A DNA stretch of 64,000 nucleotides from Shigella phage ESh18: sequence record ON528728. The stretch is one strand, 5' to 3'. Shown in pieces: positions 1-9,457 of the stretch. The notes under the pieces were generated by a model. The model did no database searches. It saw only the letters and a list, made by a program, of their open reading frames with translations, and had not been told where the DNA came from. Position numbers and translations under genes: made by a program. Every line of letters starts with the position of its first letter. Position 1 is the first letter of the stretch.

Positions 1-888
1 AAAATTAAACAACTTTGGGAAGCGGGAGATTGGGGTGGATTGACAGCAGCTATTGTTGAAGGACTCGGAAGTGTTCTTTTTAATTTAGGTGAACTTATTC
101 AATTAGGTATGGCTAAATTATCTGCAGCAATTCTTCGAGTCATTCCTGGTATGAAGGATACTGCTGATGAAGTAGAAGGAAGAGCATTAGAAAATTTCCA
201 AAATTCTACTGGAGCATCTCTCAATAAAGAAGACCAGGAAAAAGTTGCAAATTATCAAGATAAACGAATGAACGGAGACCTTGGTCCGATAGCAAAAGGA
301 TTAGATAAAATTGCTAATTGGAAAACTCGTGCATCTAATTGGATTCGTGGGGTTGATAATAAAGAAGCACTAACTACCGACGAAGAACGTGCAGCAGAAG
401 AAGAAAAATTAAAGCAACTTTCACCTGAAGAAAGAAAAAATGCTTTAATGAAGGCTAATGAAGCTCGGGCCGCGATGATTCGTTTTGAAAAATATGCTGA
501 TTCGGCTGATATGAGTAAAGACTCAACGGTTAAATCAGTTGAAGCTGCTTATGAAGACCTTAAAAAACGAATGGATGACCCGGATTTAAATAATTCACCG
601 GCAGTTAAAAAAGAACTTGCTGCTAGATTTTCTAAAATTGATGCTACTTATCAAGAGCTCAAGAAAAATCAGCCTAATGCCAAACCTGAAACTTCTGCTA
701 AATCGCCAGAAGCAAAACAAGTCCAGGTAATAGAAAAGAACAAAGCACAGCAAGCTCCTGTTCAACAAGCATCTCCTTCAATCAATAATACTAATAATGT
801 TATTAAGAAAAATACTGTCGTTCATAATATGACACCCGTAACGAGCACGACTGCTCCTGGTGTATTTGATGCGACTGGAGTTAATTAA
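1..888 (+). CDS. 29: baseplate hub/tail-length protein gp29, C-terminal part (5' end outside window)
   Basis: Frame open from window edge to stop at 886-888; lies immediately upstream of gp48-gp54 as in T4 late block; ORF track starts it at 40 only because the true start is upstream. Confidence 0.55.
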   Translation, partial: KIKQLWEAGDWGGLTAAIVEGLGSVLFNLGELIQLGMAKLSAAILRVIPGMKDTADEVEGRALENFQNSTGASLNKEDQEKVANYQDKRMNGDLGPIAKGLDKIANWKTRASNWIRGVDNKEALTTDEERAAEEEKLKQLSPEERKNALMKANEARAAMIRFEKYADSADMSKDSTVKSVEAAYEDLKKRMDDPDLNNSPAVKKELAARFSKIDATYQELKKNQPNAKPETSAKSPEAKQVQVIEKNKAQQAPVQQASPSINNTNNVIKKNTVVHNMTPVTSTTAPGVFDATGVN

Positions 889-896
889 GGAATAAT

Positions 897-1991
897 ATGG
901 CAATTGTTAAAGAAATAACTGCTGATTTAATTAAAAAGTCCGGTGAGAAAATTTCAGCCGGACAGAGTACTAAATCAGAAGTAGCAACTAAAACATACAC
1001 TGCCCAGTTTCCAACTGGGCGTGCTAGTGGTAATGACACTACAGGGGACTTCCAGGTAACAGATCTATATAAGAATGGATTATTATTTACTGCATACAAT
1101 ATGTCATCTAGGGATTCTGGAAGTCTTAGATCGATGAGATCTAACTACTCTTCTTCATCTTCGAGTATTTTAAGTACAGCTAGAAACACTATTAGTAGTA
1201 CAGTATCAAAACTATCAAATGGATTAATATCAAATAACAATTCAGGAACAATAAGTAAAGCTCCTGTCGCAAACATTCTTTTACCGAGATCTAAATCTGA
1301 TGTTGATACATCATCACACAGATTTAATGATGTTCAAGAAAGTCTTATCAGCAGAGGCGGAGGTACTGCTACTGGTGTGTTAAGTAATATTGCTTCAACT
1401 GCAGTGTTTGGGGCACTGGAAAGTATAACACAAGGTATAATGGCTGATAATAATGAACAGATTTATACGACAGCCAGAAGTATGTATGGTGGTGCTGAGA
1501 ATAGAACTAAAGTGTTTACATGGGATTTGACTCCACGTTCAACAGAAGATTTGATGGCTATTATTAATATCTATCAATATTTTAACTATTTTTCTTATGG
1601 TGAAACTGGTAAATCTCAATATGCTGCTGAAATAAAGGGGTATTTAGATGATTGGTATCGTTCTACGTTAATTGAACCTTTATCTCCGGAAGACGCAGCT
1701 AAAAATAAAACACTATTTGAGAAAATGACATCAAGTTTAACTAACGTTTTAGTAGTTTCAAACCCGACAATTTGGATGGTGAAAAACTTTGGCGCAACAT
1801 CTAAGTTTGATGGAAAAACGGAAATATTTGGTCCATGCCAAATACAGAGCATCAGATTTGATAAAACGCCTAATGGTAACTTTAACGGATTAGCTATTGC
1901 TCCAAACCTCCCTAGTACATTTACTCTTGAGATTACTATGAGAGAAATTATCACGTTAAACCGTGCTTCTTTATATGCGGGGACTTTTTAA
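897..1991 (+). CDS. 48: baseplate tail-tube cap protein gp48
   Basis: 364-aa ORF, same length as T4 gp48 as I recall; conserved 29-48-54 order. Confidence 0.8.
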   Translation: MAIVKEITADLIKKSGEKISAGQSTKSEVATKTYTAQFPTGRASGNDTTGDFQVTDLYKNGLLFTAYNMSSRDSGSLRSMRSNYSSSSSSILSTARNTISSTVSKLSNGLISNNNSGTISKAPVANILLPRSKSDVDTSSHRFNDVQESLISRGGGTATGVLSNIASTAVFGALESITQGIMADNNEQIYTTARSMYGGAENRTKVFTWDLTPRSTEDLMAIINIYQYFNYFSYGETGKSQYAAEIKGYLDDWYRSTLIEPLSPEDAAKNKTLFEKMTSSLTNVLVVSNPTIWMVKNFGATSKFDGKTEIFGPCQIQSIRFDKTPNGNFNGLAIAPNLPSTFTLEITMREIITLNRASLYAGTF

Positions 1992-2956
1992 TGTATTCTT
2001 TAGAGGAATTTAATAATCAAGCAATAAACGCAGATTTTCAACGTAATAATATGTTTAGCTGCGTTTTTGCGACAACTCCATCAACTAAAAGCTCTTCGTT
2101 GATAAGTTCAATTAGCAACTTTTCTTATAATAACTTGGGTCTAAATTCAGATTGGTTAGGATTGACTCAAGGCGATATTAATCAGGGAATTACCACGCTA
2201 ATTACTGCTGGCACACAAAAACTGATAAGAAAATCAGGGGTTAGTAAATATCTTATTGGTGCCATGAGTCAACGTACAGTTCAAAGTTTATTGGGTTCAT
2301 TTACAGTTGGTACATATTTAATTGACTTCTTTAATATGGCATATAATTCATCTGGATTGATGATATACTCTGTAAAAATGCCAGAGAATAGATTATCCTA
2401 TGAAACTGACTGGAACTATAACTCTCCTAATATTCGTATAACTGGGAGAGAATTAGACCCTTTGGTTATTTCATTTAGAATGGATTCAGAAGCTTGTAAC
2501 TATCGTGCAATGCAAGACTGGGTTAACGCTGTTCAAGACCCAGTAACTGGACTGCGTGCTTTGCCACAAGATGTTGAGGCAGATATTCAGGTTAATCTTC
2601 ATGCTCGTAATGGATTACCTCATACTGCAGTGATGTTCACCGGATGCATTCCAGTGTCAGTGAGCGCTCCTGAGCTATCATATGATGGAGATAACCAAAT
2701 AACTACATTTGATGTTACTTTTGCGTATAGAGTCATGCAGGCTGGGTCGGTTGATAGACAAGCTGCGCTTGAGTGGCTTGAATCTGCTGCTATAAATGGC
2801 ATTCAAAGCGTTCTCGGAAATAGTGGAGGTGTTACTGGACTATCTAATTCGCTTTCACGACTTAGTAGATTAGGAGGAACTGCGGGAAGCATTTCAAACA
2901 TTAATACTATGACGGGAATTGTCAATTCGCAAAGTAAAATATTAGGAGCAATATAA
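1991..2956 (+). CDS. 54: baseplate tail-tube initiator gp54
   Basis: 321-aa ORF overlapping gp48 stop (ATGTA... coupling); T4 gp54 is ~320 aa; followed by strong terminator. Confidence 0.8.
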   Translation: MYSLEEFNNQAINADFQRNNMFSCVFATTPSTKSSSLISSISNFSYNNLGLNSDWLGLTQGDINQGITTLITAGTQKLIRKSGVSKYLIGAMSQRTVQSLLGSFTVGTYLIDFFNMAYNSSGLMIYSVKMPENRLSYETDWNYNSPNIRITGRELDPLVISFRMDSEACNYRAMQDWVNAVQDPVTGLRALPQDVEADIQVNLHARNGLPHTAVMFTGCIPVSVSAPELSYDGDNQITTFDVTFAYRVMQAGSVDRQAALEWLESAAINGIQSVLGNSGGVTGLSNSLSRLSRLGGTAGSISNINTMTGIVNSQSKILGAI

Positions 2957-2960
2957 CAAT

Positions 2961-2990
2961 GGGGACCTTTCGGTCCCCATATTTTTATTT
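2961..2990. terminator. bidirectional intrinsic terminator hairpin GGGGACC-TTTC-GGTCCCC with flanking T/A runs
   Basis: Perfect 7-bp GC stem seen at 2961-2978 between convergent gene 54 (+) and 96-aa ORF (-). Confidence 0.7.
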
Positions 2991-3275
2991 ACGGAATGAA
3001 ATAAAAGCAGCAACTGAAGCAACTAAACTGTCTTCAATATAAACTTCAATTTTTACCGGAGCTTCTGACTCAAATTTACCTGTTACTACACCTTGGAAAA
3101 TGCTTTCAGTCTGCTCTGGCTTTGAAAAATTTTCAGAAGGAAAAATTCCGAACTTTTTATCTGTTCCAAAAATTTTGATAAATTCATCATAAACTGCTTC
3201 ATTAAAAGCATTATCAGCAGGAATAACGCCTTCAACTACAAGTTCTTGACCTAAAAAGCGCAAAGAAGATTTCAT
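2985..3275 (-). CDS. hypothetical protein (alt-downstream small ORF)
   Basis: 96-aa ORF with GAGGA RBS 7 nt upstream of ATG and its own early-promoter cassette (3282-3336). Confidence 0.6.
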   Translation of the reverse strand: MKSSLRFLGQELVVEGVIPADNAFNEAVYDEFIKIFGTDKKFGIFPSENFSKPEQTESIFQGVVTGKFESEAPVKIEVYIEDSLVASVAAFISFRK

Positions 3276-3281
3276 TTTGTG

Positions 3282-3336
3282 TTCCTCATGTTATGTCAGT
3301 AAAACTATTGTAACACAACACGAGGGACTTGTAAAC
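3282..3336 (-). promoter_or_regulatory. early promoter plus leader cassette (GTTTACA -35, TGtTACAAT extended -10, GAGGA RBS); copy A of a 54-bp repeat
   Basis: Sequence read directly; near-identical copy at 18629-18684. Confidence 0.5.
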
Positions 3337-5393
3337 TACATCTTGAACTTTTTAGACATTCCGTTGATGTTAACCAAAGAAGCCAAGATTTGAGAAACTT
3401 CGTTTTCCTCTTCTTTTGATTCTTCTACAAGGAATTGATTAAACCCAGCCATTGGACGAACTTCACCAGTTTCCATTAGATGATCGCCATCATATACCGA
3501 TTCTTCTAATTGTTCAGAAGGAGGAACGATTGTGCCTTCGATTAGATACTTATTATAAGCAGTTTCTTTCATCATGTACGTGCTCACTTTATTAATCTTC
3601 AGCAAAATTCCACGCGGTAAAATAACTTCAGCTTCTGATGGAAATCCTGATAAATGACCTGGAACGATAACTTTGATTCGCTCAGCCCCTTTAATTACCA
3701 TACCTACGCTAGTTTCAGCGTCTTCATTCGCATAAGCAGAGTGACTACCCATATGCATTAAATCTTCAGCATCAACAGAACCTTCTCCTTCACCAGAAAA
3801 TACTGCACCGGAATCATCTAGAGCCATATAGTTTTTACCATGCTCACCGAAGATGTTTGGTTTAAGCGACGTGGATACAAAGTTCTTGAAATAGAACATT
3901 TTGTTTTCAATATTATGACGTAAAGTTTTAAAAGTAACTTCTTGTCCACGATAAAGCGTAGTTCCTGGAGGAAGAACTGAACCTTTAGCGAATGCAGAAT
4001 CCATTGTCTCGATGTGTTTAATAGCTCGTTCCATGTATTCTTCACGGGTAGAATCTGGTTTACCCAAGAGGAACGAGTTCATTTCAACATATGAATCTGC
4101 ACAATAATCTTCAATTACATCAGACTCAGCCTGAGTTAATCCTTTTGGAGTTACTTCGGTGCTTGCATATTCATATGCCTGGGCAGCAGATTCATTAATC
4201 AATTTATAAATGCCATTCATGACAAATTGAATAATAGCTGTCTTTTCATCTGGCGTAGCTTTAGAACCTTTAACTAAATCATTAATAATTTTCTTAATAA
4301 CATCAAAGCTATTAGAAATATTAATGTCAGCAAGATCGCTTAAAATTTTATCAGTTTTATAATCAAAGAATTCTTTATTCTTTAAATATTCTTGAGAACC
4401 TTGATATGTTATATCGCTCTGCAACTTGATAGATGGATCACGTAAACGTGCATGGGCCAATGCAATATGATTTCGGAAGTTTTCTAGTTCATAATCGCTA
4501 GATTTAAAACGAGAAGCACTCCTCATACCACCGATAGCTCCTTTGCTGAAGTTTGAACCAATCTGGATAACGCCAGAGTTCATCGGACCTTCTGCTTTAT
4601 ATACCGGAACTTTAGATTCAAACTCTTGATATTTCTTAGCAGCGAAGCTATCACCCTGAAGTGAAGCATCGACAGTAGAATATTGAGCTTGTGCTGCTAA
4701 TCGACGACTAATTTTAGTTTTTTGAATAACAGCTTGATCCGTGCGCTTATCATTTTCTAAAGCAATAGAAGCAGCAACAGCGACAGCTTTAGGAACAGCA
4801 TTACCTGTTTTAACATCTACATAAACATCACCGACCTTCGATTCAACTTTTGTGAATAACTCAGTTGAAATAGGAGGTACACCTGGAATGTCTTCTAAAT
4901 TGGCATTTTTACGGTAAACCATAATATATGCATACTTTTTATCATAGTCCCAGATTTCCTTTAAAAGAACATATCGACCTGCTCCTTTAGTACGTACTAA
5001 ACGGTCAGCAATAACTTGCATTTGACGAGCAGCGCCATTTGTTTTACTTTTTAGTACGCGGAATAGGCATGCGTCAATTTTATACTGTTTCATTGTTTGA
5101 AGAGCAGTATCAAAAACAGCATTAATGACGCCAATTGGATTTCCACCCAAGTTTCTAAGCTTAACCAGCGATAATTTCTCGTTGACACCTATCATTACGA
5201 TATGCATCATTTTATCGCCTGGCTTAACGTTTTTATTCGTATCACCGCCAGAGGTGTATGTACAAAATCTAAATCCAGGAAGCACGCTTTCTTCACCGGC
5301 TTGAATAGCAAAAATTTGTGGTATTTTATGCTTAGGATTTAAGTTAACAACCGGCGCCGAAGCGCCGTCAAATAATTCTGTAATAAGTTCCAT
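3336..5393 (-). CDS. alt: Alt-family ADP-ribosyltransferase (downstream paralog)
   Basis: 685 aa (T4 Alt ~682 aa as I recall); R-S-E type ART motifs YRGQ ... FVSTS ... EAEVILPRG in C-terminal third; N-terminal ~230 aa closely similar to neighbouring paralog. Confidence 0.75.
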   Translation of the reverse strand: MELITELFDGASAPVVNLNPKHKIPQIFAIQAGEESVLPGFRFCTYTSGGDTNKNVKPGDKMMHIVMIGVNEKLSLVKLRNLGGNPIGVINAVFDTALQTMKQYKIDACLFRVLKSKTNGAARQMQVIADRLVRTKGAGRYVLLKEIWDYDKKYAYIMVYRKNANLEDIPGVPPISTELFTKVESKVGDVYVDVKTGNAVPKAVAVAASIALENDKRTDQAVIQKTKISRRLAAQAQYSTVDASLQGDSFAAKKYQEFESKVPVYKAEGPMNSGVIQIGSNFSKGAIGGMRSASRFKSSDYELENFRNHIALAHARLRDPSIKLQSDITYQGSQEYLKNKEFFDYKTDKILSDLADINISNSFDVIKKIINDLVKGSKATPDEKTAIIQFVMNGIYKLINESAAQAYEYASTEVTPKGLTQAESDVIEDYCADSYVEMNSFLLGKPDSTREEYMERAIKHIETMDSAFAKGSVLPPGTTLYRGQEVTFKTLRHNIENKMFYFKNFVSTSLKPNIFGEHGKNYMALDDSGAVFSGEGEGSVDAEDLMHMGSHSAYANEDAETSVGMVIKGAERIKVIVPGHLSGFPSEAEVILPRGILLKINKVSTYMMKETAYNKYLIEGTIVPPSEQLEESVYDGDHLMETGEVRPMAGFNQFLVEESKEEENEVSQILASLVNINGMSKKFKM

Positions 5394-5396
5394 GAT

Positions 5397-7493
5397 TTAT
5401 CCTTGAACGAACTTGTAAGGCATGTTTGTAATATCTATGCAAGACGCAATAATTCCAAGAGATGATTCTACTTTCTGTTTAACATTTGATGAAACAAATG
5501 ATGCAAAGTCAACTCTGTCTTCTATTTCAATATCACCTGTCATTGCAACTACTTCGCCGGTTTCCATTAAACGGTCACCGTCATAAATTACCGATTCGGT
5601 GAGTTCTTCGGTGGTCATAACTTCAGCTTGAATGAGTTTTGTATTATTAGACGTGGTTCCGTCATTATTAGAAGCATCAGTTATTTTATTAACTTTGACC
5701 ATCAATCCGCGCGGTAGAATAACTTCGGCTTCTGTTGCTATTCCGAGACTTCCTGGATATACAACATTAACTTTATGAGCTCCATCAATTGCCCATCCTA
5801 TTTGAACTTTAACGTATTCAGGATTTTCTTTATACGCTCTTATTTCGTTTGGATTAATAGTTATTCCTTCTTCATTTTTATCAACTGTTAATTCATTGCG
5901 AGCTTCTGGTTCTAAAAGACCAATACCAGCATGTGTAATTCCAAAACGTCCAAAAATGATAGGAGTTAAAGAAGTAGATACAAAATTTCTGAAATAGAAC
6001 ACTTTATTTTTAACTAGTGCTTCGTATATAGGAGCAGTCATACTTTGAGCACGATAAACTGTAATGCCTTCCGGTATGCGGTCACCATTTTCAAAAGCTG
6101 AATCTAAATTATTTATAGCAGATTCAATTTCTTTTTCACTCATTACATCATATCGTTCTGGATTGTAACGACCTAAAAGAAGATTATTAATGTCTGTATA
6201 TCCTGAACCACAATATTCTCTAATACCTCGCTTTTGTGATGGAGTATATTTAGAACCATCACGGGCAATAGTAATATCAATCATTGGACCAGCACCAATT
6301 CCAGAAAAGCTATAAATCATTCGTTTGAGGAATTTAGTTTTTGCTGCATTCCATGCATTTTTAGTTATTTCTCCCCAGACTTCATCTGGTTGCCCTTTAC
6401 GAGTTTTATTATGTTTATCAAGCCAATTATCTTTATATTCTTCAAAGAATTTATTAACAGCTGCTGCGTATTTCTCTAAACATTTTATTGAAGTAGTTGG
6501 TTCATTTTTGATTGCGTTAAAAATTACATCTTTAATTTTTTCTGAAACTTCATCAACCTCACTTTTTGAAAAGAATTTATAGTCATAGTGAAGTTCATTC
6601 GCAGTTCCTTCGGCAATAATTTTTGCTGCCTTAGTTTTAGAAGCTAACGAATTAATTCCAAGCTTCATTTCTTCTGCTTCGGGAATTAAAGGAGCGGTAG
6701 CAGGTTTATTGAAATTAGCTGCGGTAGATTCATACTTCTGGAATAATTCACTTTCAAATCTAGAAGATTCCAATGATTGACTTTGCGCAATTGCTCTACG
6801 TGAAATTTTAACTTTAACGATTACAGCTTGGTCAGAACGTTTATCATTTTCTTGCGCAATAGATGCTGCAATTGCCTCATTTTTAGTTACTTGAGCTCCA
6901 GTATCTTTATTGATATAAACATCACCGACCTTCGATTCAACTTTAGTAAAGAGCTCGGTACTAATTTCCGGAACTCCTGGAATGTCTTCTAGTGATACAT
7001 TTTTGCGATGTATAAGAATATATGCATACTTTTTATCGTAATCCCAGAGTTCCTTAAGAAGGACGTATCTGCCACCTGAACGACTGCGGATAAGTCTATC
7101 AGCAATAAGTTGAATTTGACGAGCTTGACCAGCAGTTTTAGACTTAAGAATACGGAGCATGCAGGCATCAATTTTATACTGACGCATCGTTTGCATTGCA
7201 ACAGTAAAAACTGAATTGATATAATTAATTGGGCTTGGACCAAGACCTTTTAATTTAGCAATTGAACCTTTAGCAGTTAATGTAAAAGGAACAATATGCA
7301 TCATTTTATCGCCCATCTTTAAATCACGATTAGTATCACCTCCAGATGTATAGGTACATAAACGAAAGCCTGGTTGTTCAATTGCATCATCAACATGAAC
7401 TGAAAAAATTTGTGGTATTTTCTTCTTTGGATTTAAGTTTGTAATCGGAAGAGTAGTATCTTCGTCAAATAATTCTGTAATAAGTTCCATCAT
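5397..7493 (-). CDS. Alt-family ADP-ribosyltransferase (upstream paralog)
   Basis: 698 aa; shares MELITELFD... N-terminus and YRAQ ... FVSTS ... EAEVILPRG catalytic motifs with 3336-5393; central region divergent; late-promoter motif just upstream. Confidence 0.7.
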   Translation of the reverse strand: MMELITELFDEDTTLPITNLNPKKKIPQIFSVHVDDAIEQPGFRLCTYTSGGDTNRDLKMGDKMMHIVPFTLTAKGSIAKLKGLGPSPINYINSVFTVAMQTMRQYKIDACMLRILKSKTAGQARQIQLIADRLIRSRSGGRYVLLKELWDYDKKYAYILIHRKNVSLEDIPGVPEISTELFTKVESKVGDVYINKDTGAQVTKNEAIAASIAQENDKRSDQAVIVKVKISRRAIAQSQSLESSRFESELFQKYESTAANFNKPATAPLIPEAEEMKLGINSLASKTKAAKIIAEGTANELHYDYKFFSKSEVDEVSEKIKDVIFNAIKNEPTTSIKCLEKYAAAVNKFFEEYKDNWLDKHNKTRKGQPDEVWGEITKNAWNAAKTKFLKRMIYSFSGIGAGPMIDITIARDGSKYTPSQKRGIREYCGSGYTDINNLLLGRYNPERYDVMSEKEIESAINNLDSAFENGDRIPEGITVYRAQSMTAPIYEALVKNKVFYFRNFVSTSLTPIIFGRFGITHAGIGLLEPEARNELTVDKNEEGITINPNEIRAYKENPEYVKVQIGWAIDGAHKVNVVYPGSLGIATEAEVILPRGLMVKVNKITDASNNDGTTSNNTKLIQAEVMTTEELTESVIYDGDRLMETGEVVAMTGDIEIEDRVDFASFVSSNVKQKVESSLGIIASCIDITNMPYKFVQG

Positions 7494-7513
7494 AGCCTCT
7501 CTAGTGTTTATTC

Positions 7514-7521
7514 TATTTATA
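7514..7521 (-). promoter_or_regulatory. T4-type late promoter TATAAATA (minus strand) upstream of Alt paralog
   Basis: Reverse complement of tatttata at 7514-7521, about 20 nt upstream of start codon at 7493. Confidence 0.5.
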
Positions 7522-7528
7522 AAATTAA

Positions 7529-7543
7529 AGGCCCGAAGGCCTT
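7529..7543 (-). terminator. intrinsic terminator hairpin GGCC-cgaa-GGCC followed by T-run on minus strand
   Basis: Seen directly after stop of 62-aa ORF. Confidence 0.5.
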
Positions 7544-7731
7544 TAGTAATCTAGTGGTAAGAGAGTACGATATATTTCAAACTTTGGTCCTTTTTCATAG
7601 GCATCAAATGTTTCTGTAAATTTATTATAAGCGTATGCATCTACAAATTCGAGAATGACTTGTGATACAGAAGTAGAAACATCTCCGCCTTCTTTTTGAG
7701 CAATGACAATTGTTTCTAAGTAAGCTTTCAT
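7543..7731 (-). CDS. hypothetical small protein
   Basis: 62-aa ORF overlapping ligase stop (coupled). Confidence 0.5.
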   Translation of the reverse strand: MKAYLETIVIAQKEGGDVSTSVSQVILEFVDAYAYNKFTETFDAYEKGPKFEIYRTLLPLDY

Positions 7732-9191
7732 AAACCAGTTACCTCATGAAAATCACCAAATACATCCTCGAATGTATTAGCTTTAGTTTTATCTTCACGT
7801 AAACGAATCGCAATCGGAAGAAATAATTTAACGTAATCAGTGCGGCCATCAGATTTTAACCAACCGTTGCATTCGCACTCTAGAATTTTTCCAATATAAT
7901 AATTTTGGTTTTCCATAATGCGAGTACGGTCAAGTTCATGTGATTTTACGCCGGCTTTGTCTTTTAAGCCTGAACCAGCATTTACTTTAATTTTTCCACA
8001 CTCTGACTCAAGAATAAATCCACCTGCTTTAGTAGGGTCTTTACGGTGAGGATAAATTCCTACAATTTTTAAATCAACATCAATTACTTCTTTAAATTTA
8101 TAGAGATTTTTTGAACGGGCATTTTCCCATAACCCATCAACGTTTTTGAGAATAATACCTTCAAGACCTTGATCAATATACTTTTTGTAAATTACCTTAG
8201 CTTCATCTAGGTTATTTACTACCTGGTTTTCAATTAAAATTACTTTATCATATCCTGATGTCATTTGTTCTAGTTTAGAAAAACGTACATCATATTTTAA
8301 ACGAAACGCCGGAAGACCGTATATTTCTACCAACGGTACATAATCCCAGACCTGAAACTTCATGCATTGTGCTTCTTTTTCAGAAATGGTTCCCTTTAAA
8401 GATTTATTGGCGATGCCATTAGATGCAGTACGAGATTCAGCTACTTCGGCGAATTCTTTAGCTTTACTAATTTCAGGATAAGCATCAAAAAGAAAATCTA
8501 GGCCTTCTGGCTCCTTTTTAACTTGCTCATGGTATACCAATTCGCCATCAATTAACACACCTTCTGGATGAATCTGGCGGGCTTCAGCGGTCATTTTGAT
8601 TAACTCTTCTTTGAGAAGGTCTAATCCTAGATATTCATTACCAGCTCGTGATAAAAGACGAACATCATCTAATTCATCACCTCTGACTTCGGCAAAACAC
8701 CGAGCTCCATCAGCTTTTAATTGGGCAAAGGCTGGAAATTTGATATTCTTATTAATGCCTTTTTCATCATAAGAACTTGCCAGCATTTGAGGTTGTTCAG
8801 GAATTAAACCTGGCCAAACTTTGTTTGCAATAGATACTGAAGCACCGCATTCAAGGTCTCGCATCATCACCCGACGCAAAACTTCAACATCATCCTTTTT
8901 ACCATCGGTGATATATCCAGTTAATTCTTCAATTGCCGCATTTCCAGTCAATTTCCGAGTAGCTAATGTGAATTCAATGAAGTCAAGCATATCGGTAAGA
9001 GTCAACATTCCAAAACTCTGGGTAGCAATACCAGGTTTAGGCCATTTCTTGATATAATACTGTAACCCACGAGAATAAGTTAGACGATATACTCGTTTAA
9101 GCAATTCATTATCTTTATTCTTTTCAAGAATTGCTTGCTTCTGCTTAGTTGAACCAATAGATGCTATTTCGTTCAGAATTTTAAGAATCAT
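7728..9191 (-). CDS. 30: ATP-dependent DNA ligase gp30
   Basis: 487 aa, same as T4 ligase as I recall; active-site lysine context AQLKADGARC (KxDG motif). Confidence 0.9.
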   Translation of the reverse strand: MILKILNEIASIGSTKQKQAILEKNKDNELLKRVYRLTYSRGLQYYIKKWPKPGIATQSFGMLTLTDMLDFIEFTLATRKLTGNAAIEELTGYITDGKKDDVEVLRRVMMRDLECGASVSIANKVWPGLIPEQPQMLASSYDEKGINKNIKFPAFAQLKADGARCFAEVRGDELDDVRLLSRAGNEYLGLDLLKEELIKMTAEARQIHPEGVLIDGELVYHEQVKKEPEGLDFLFDAYPEISKAKEFAEVAESRTASNGIANKSLKGTISEKEAQCMKFQVWDYVPLVEIYGLPAFRLKYDVRFSKLEQMTSGYDKVILIENQVVNNLDEAKVIYKKYIDQGLEGIILKNVDGLWENARSKNLYKFKEVIDVDLKIVGIYPHRKDPTKAGGFILESECGKIKVNAGSGLKDKAGVKSHELDRTRIMENQNYYIGKILECECNGWLKSDGRTDYVKLFLPIAIRLREDKTKANTFEDVFGDFHEVTGL

Positions 9192-9457
9192 TGTTCATCC
9201 TTTAGAGTTTGGTTTACAGCTCTATTATAAATCAATTCATCATTAAGCTCAGTCAAAGACCTATGATATGTAGTTCTAACTTTATTTCCTTGCATCCAGT
9301 GCTTGATATAAATGAAACCTTGCTCTACACATTTTTTAAAAATTCGTTCGTCTTTTTGAGCTCGGAATTCTGGATTGCATCTAAAAAATTGATTTACGTG
9401 ACCATAATCACGTGTAGTATTACCTTCATTTTCATAAATAGTGTGAACGACAAACAT
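9188..9457 (-). CDS. hypothetical protein (30.1-position)
   Basis: 89-aa ORF, overlapping neighbours. Confidence 0.5.
   Translation of the reverse strand: MFVVHTIYENEGNTTRDYGHVNQFFRCNPEFRAQKDERIFKKCVEQGFIYIKHWMQGNKVRTTYHRSLTELNDELIYNRAVNQTLKDEQ

Noticed and set aside
881-1099. 72-aa minus-strand ORF overlapping the gp29/gp48 junction
   Set aside because: Lies entirely antisense to well-supported late structural genes; no RBS; typical spurious antisense ORF
3818-4045. Nested same-strand ORFs inside the alt paralogs (3818-4045, 6989-7243) and antisense ORF 6325-6582
   Set aside because: Alternative frames or antisense within long conserved coding sequences; low-complexity translations
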